Of a stretch of 24,000 nucleotides of DNA, positions 23,550 through 24,000 are shown piece after piece. Position numbers and translations under genes: made by a program. The stretch covers positions 1 to 24,000 of the forward strand of contig JBEULO010000067.1 of assembly GCA_041287225.1 (NCBI GenBank), given 5' to 3'. Below the pieces are notes generated by a model. It was not told where the DNA came from. It saw only the letters and a program-made list of their open reading frames with translations, and ran no database searches. The DNA is from Thermoproteus sp. GTDB lineage: Archaea; Thermoproteota; Thermoprotei; Thermoproteales; Thermoproteaceae. Every line of letters starts with the position of its first letter. Within the stretch, counting starts at the first letter, position 1.

Positions 23550-23557
23550 TTTATATA
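23550..23557 (+). promoter_or_regulatory. TATA box of the L10e gene (TTTATATA)
   Basis: Centred about 24 nt upstream of ATG 23577. Confidence 0.5.
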
Positions 23558-23576
23558 CCGGTCTTTCCTTTAGCTC

Positions 23577-24000
23577 ATGCCCGTCCGCCCGGCTAGATGT
23601 TATAGGAGGATAAAAGGGCCGCCCTACACCAAACTGGACTACATCCACGGCGCCCCCTACGTCCAAATACCCAAATTCGACATGGGCAACACATCGCCGG
23701 CCGCGAGGGCGGCCTTCACCATGACGGCGAGGCTGATAAGCGAGTCGAGAGGCCAAATAAGGGCGCAGGCCCTAGAGGCCGCGCGCCAGATGGCCTACAA
23801 ATACCTCTCGGTCAAAGTGACCGACGTCAACTACTACTTCAGGGTGGAGGTATATCCACACCACGTGATTAGGGAGAACAAAATGTTGGCCATGGCCGGC
23901 GCCGACCGTCTACAAGAGGGCATGAGGCTGAACTTCGGCTCGCCCGCCGGGAGGGCCGCGAGAGTCGAGAGGGGACAGACCCTCATGTACATCGAATTCA
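23577..24000 (+). CDS. rpl10e: 50S ribosomal protein L10e (uL16), 5' portion that continues past the window end
   Basis: Hand translation from ATG 23577 gives MPVRPARCYRRIKGPPYTKLDYIHGAPYVQIPKFDMGN..YPHHVIRENKMLAMAGADRLQEGMR... This is the canonical L10e N-terminus and core. It is absent from the ORF track because no stop lies inside the window. Confidence 0.9.
   Translation, partial: MPVRPARCYRRIKGPPYTKLDYIHGAPYVQIPKFDMGNTSPAARAAFTMTARLISESRGQIRAQALEAARQMAYKYLSVKVTDVNYYFRVEVYPHHVIRENKMLAMAGADRLQEGMRLNFGSPAGRAARVERGQTLMYIEF

Noticed and set aside
1-24000. CRISPR arrays, tRNA or rRNA genes, IS elements or integrases, and defence-system genes.
   Set aside because: I saw no regularly spaced direct repeats, no tRNA-like T-arm or acceptor patterns in intergenic DNA, and no transposase, integrase or recognisable defence domains in any frame. 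The only accessory-type content is the vapB/vapC remnant.

Overview
This is a GC-rich, tightly packed archaeal chromosomal segment that looks like a hyperthermophilic crenarchaeon of the Thermoproteales (Pyrobaculum/Thermoproteus-like). The taxon is inferred from gene content and promoter layout only. Most of the window is housekeeping. It encodes a Hel308/Hjm helicase, prephenate dehydratase, the aIF2-alpha/Nop10 operon, the AglB oligosaccharyltransferase, archaeal-type AlaRS, NAC and ribosomal protein L10e. It also encodes a dehydrogenase / GH38 alpha-mannosidase / NagA block and a HAD hydrolase. Almost every gene has an AT-rich TATA-like box centred about 23-27 nt upstream of its start codon, with no room for a Shine-Dalgarno leader, so transcripts appear leaderless. 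That spacing lets several starts be refined. I found no rRNA, tRNA, CRISPR array, transposase or integrase. The items worth a second look are these. (1) A roughly 225-nt GC-rich intergenic element (8989-9212) is closed by a 23-bp long-range helix with G.U pairs and followed by an oligo-T tract, so it is a candidate structured ncRNA of unassigned class. (2) A same-strand cluster holds an Nre-family protein, a KaiC/RadC-like ATPase with a dead second domain, and a SplB-like radical SAM enzyme. (3) An operon of unknown function encodes a secreted protein, a multi-pass membrane protein and a wHTH regulator, next to a tryptophan-rich mini-protein. (4) A markedly AT-rich islet carries a vapB antitoxin and a frameshifted vapC. 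(5) The conserved N-terminus of pheA is encoded upstream of any in-frame start codon. (6) A candidate C/D-box sRNA overlaps the 3' end of a DHH phosphoesterase gene. (7) A 54-aa zinc-ribbon gene is missing from the ORF track. I do not see a clear defence or other multi-gene novel system, and the hypotheses are graded accordingly.
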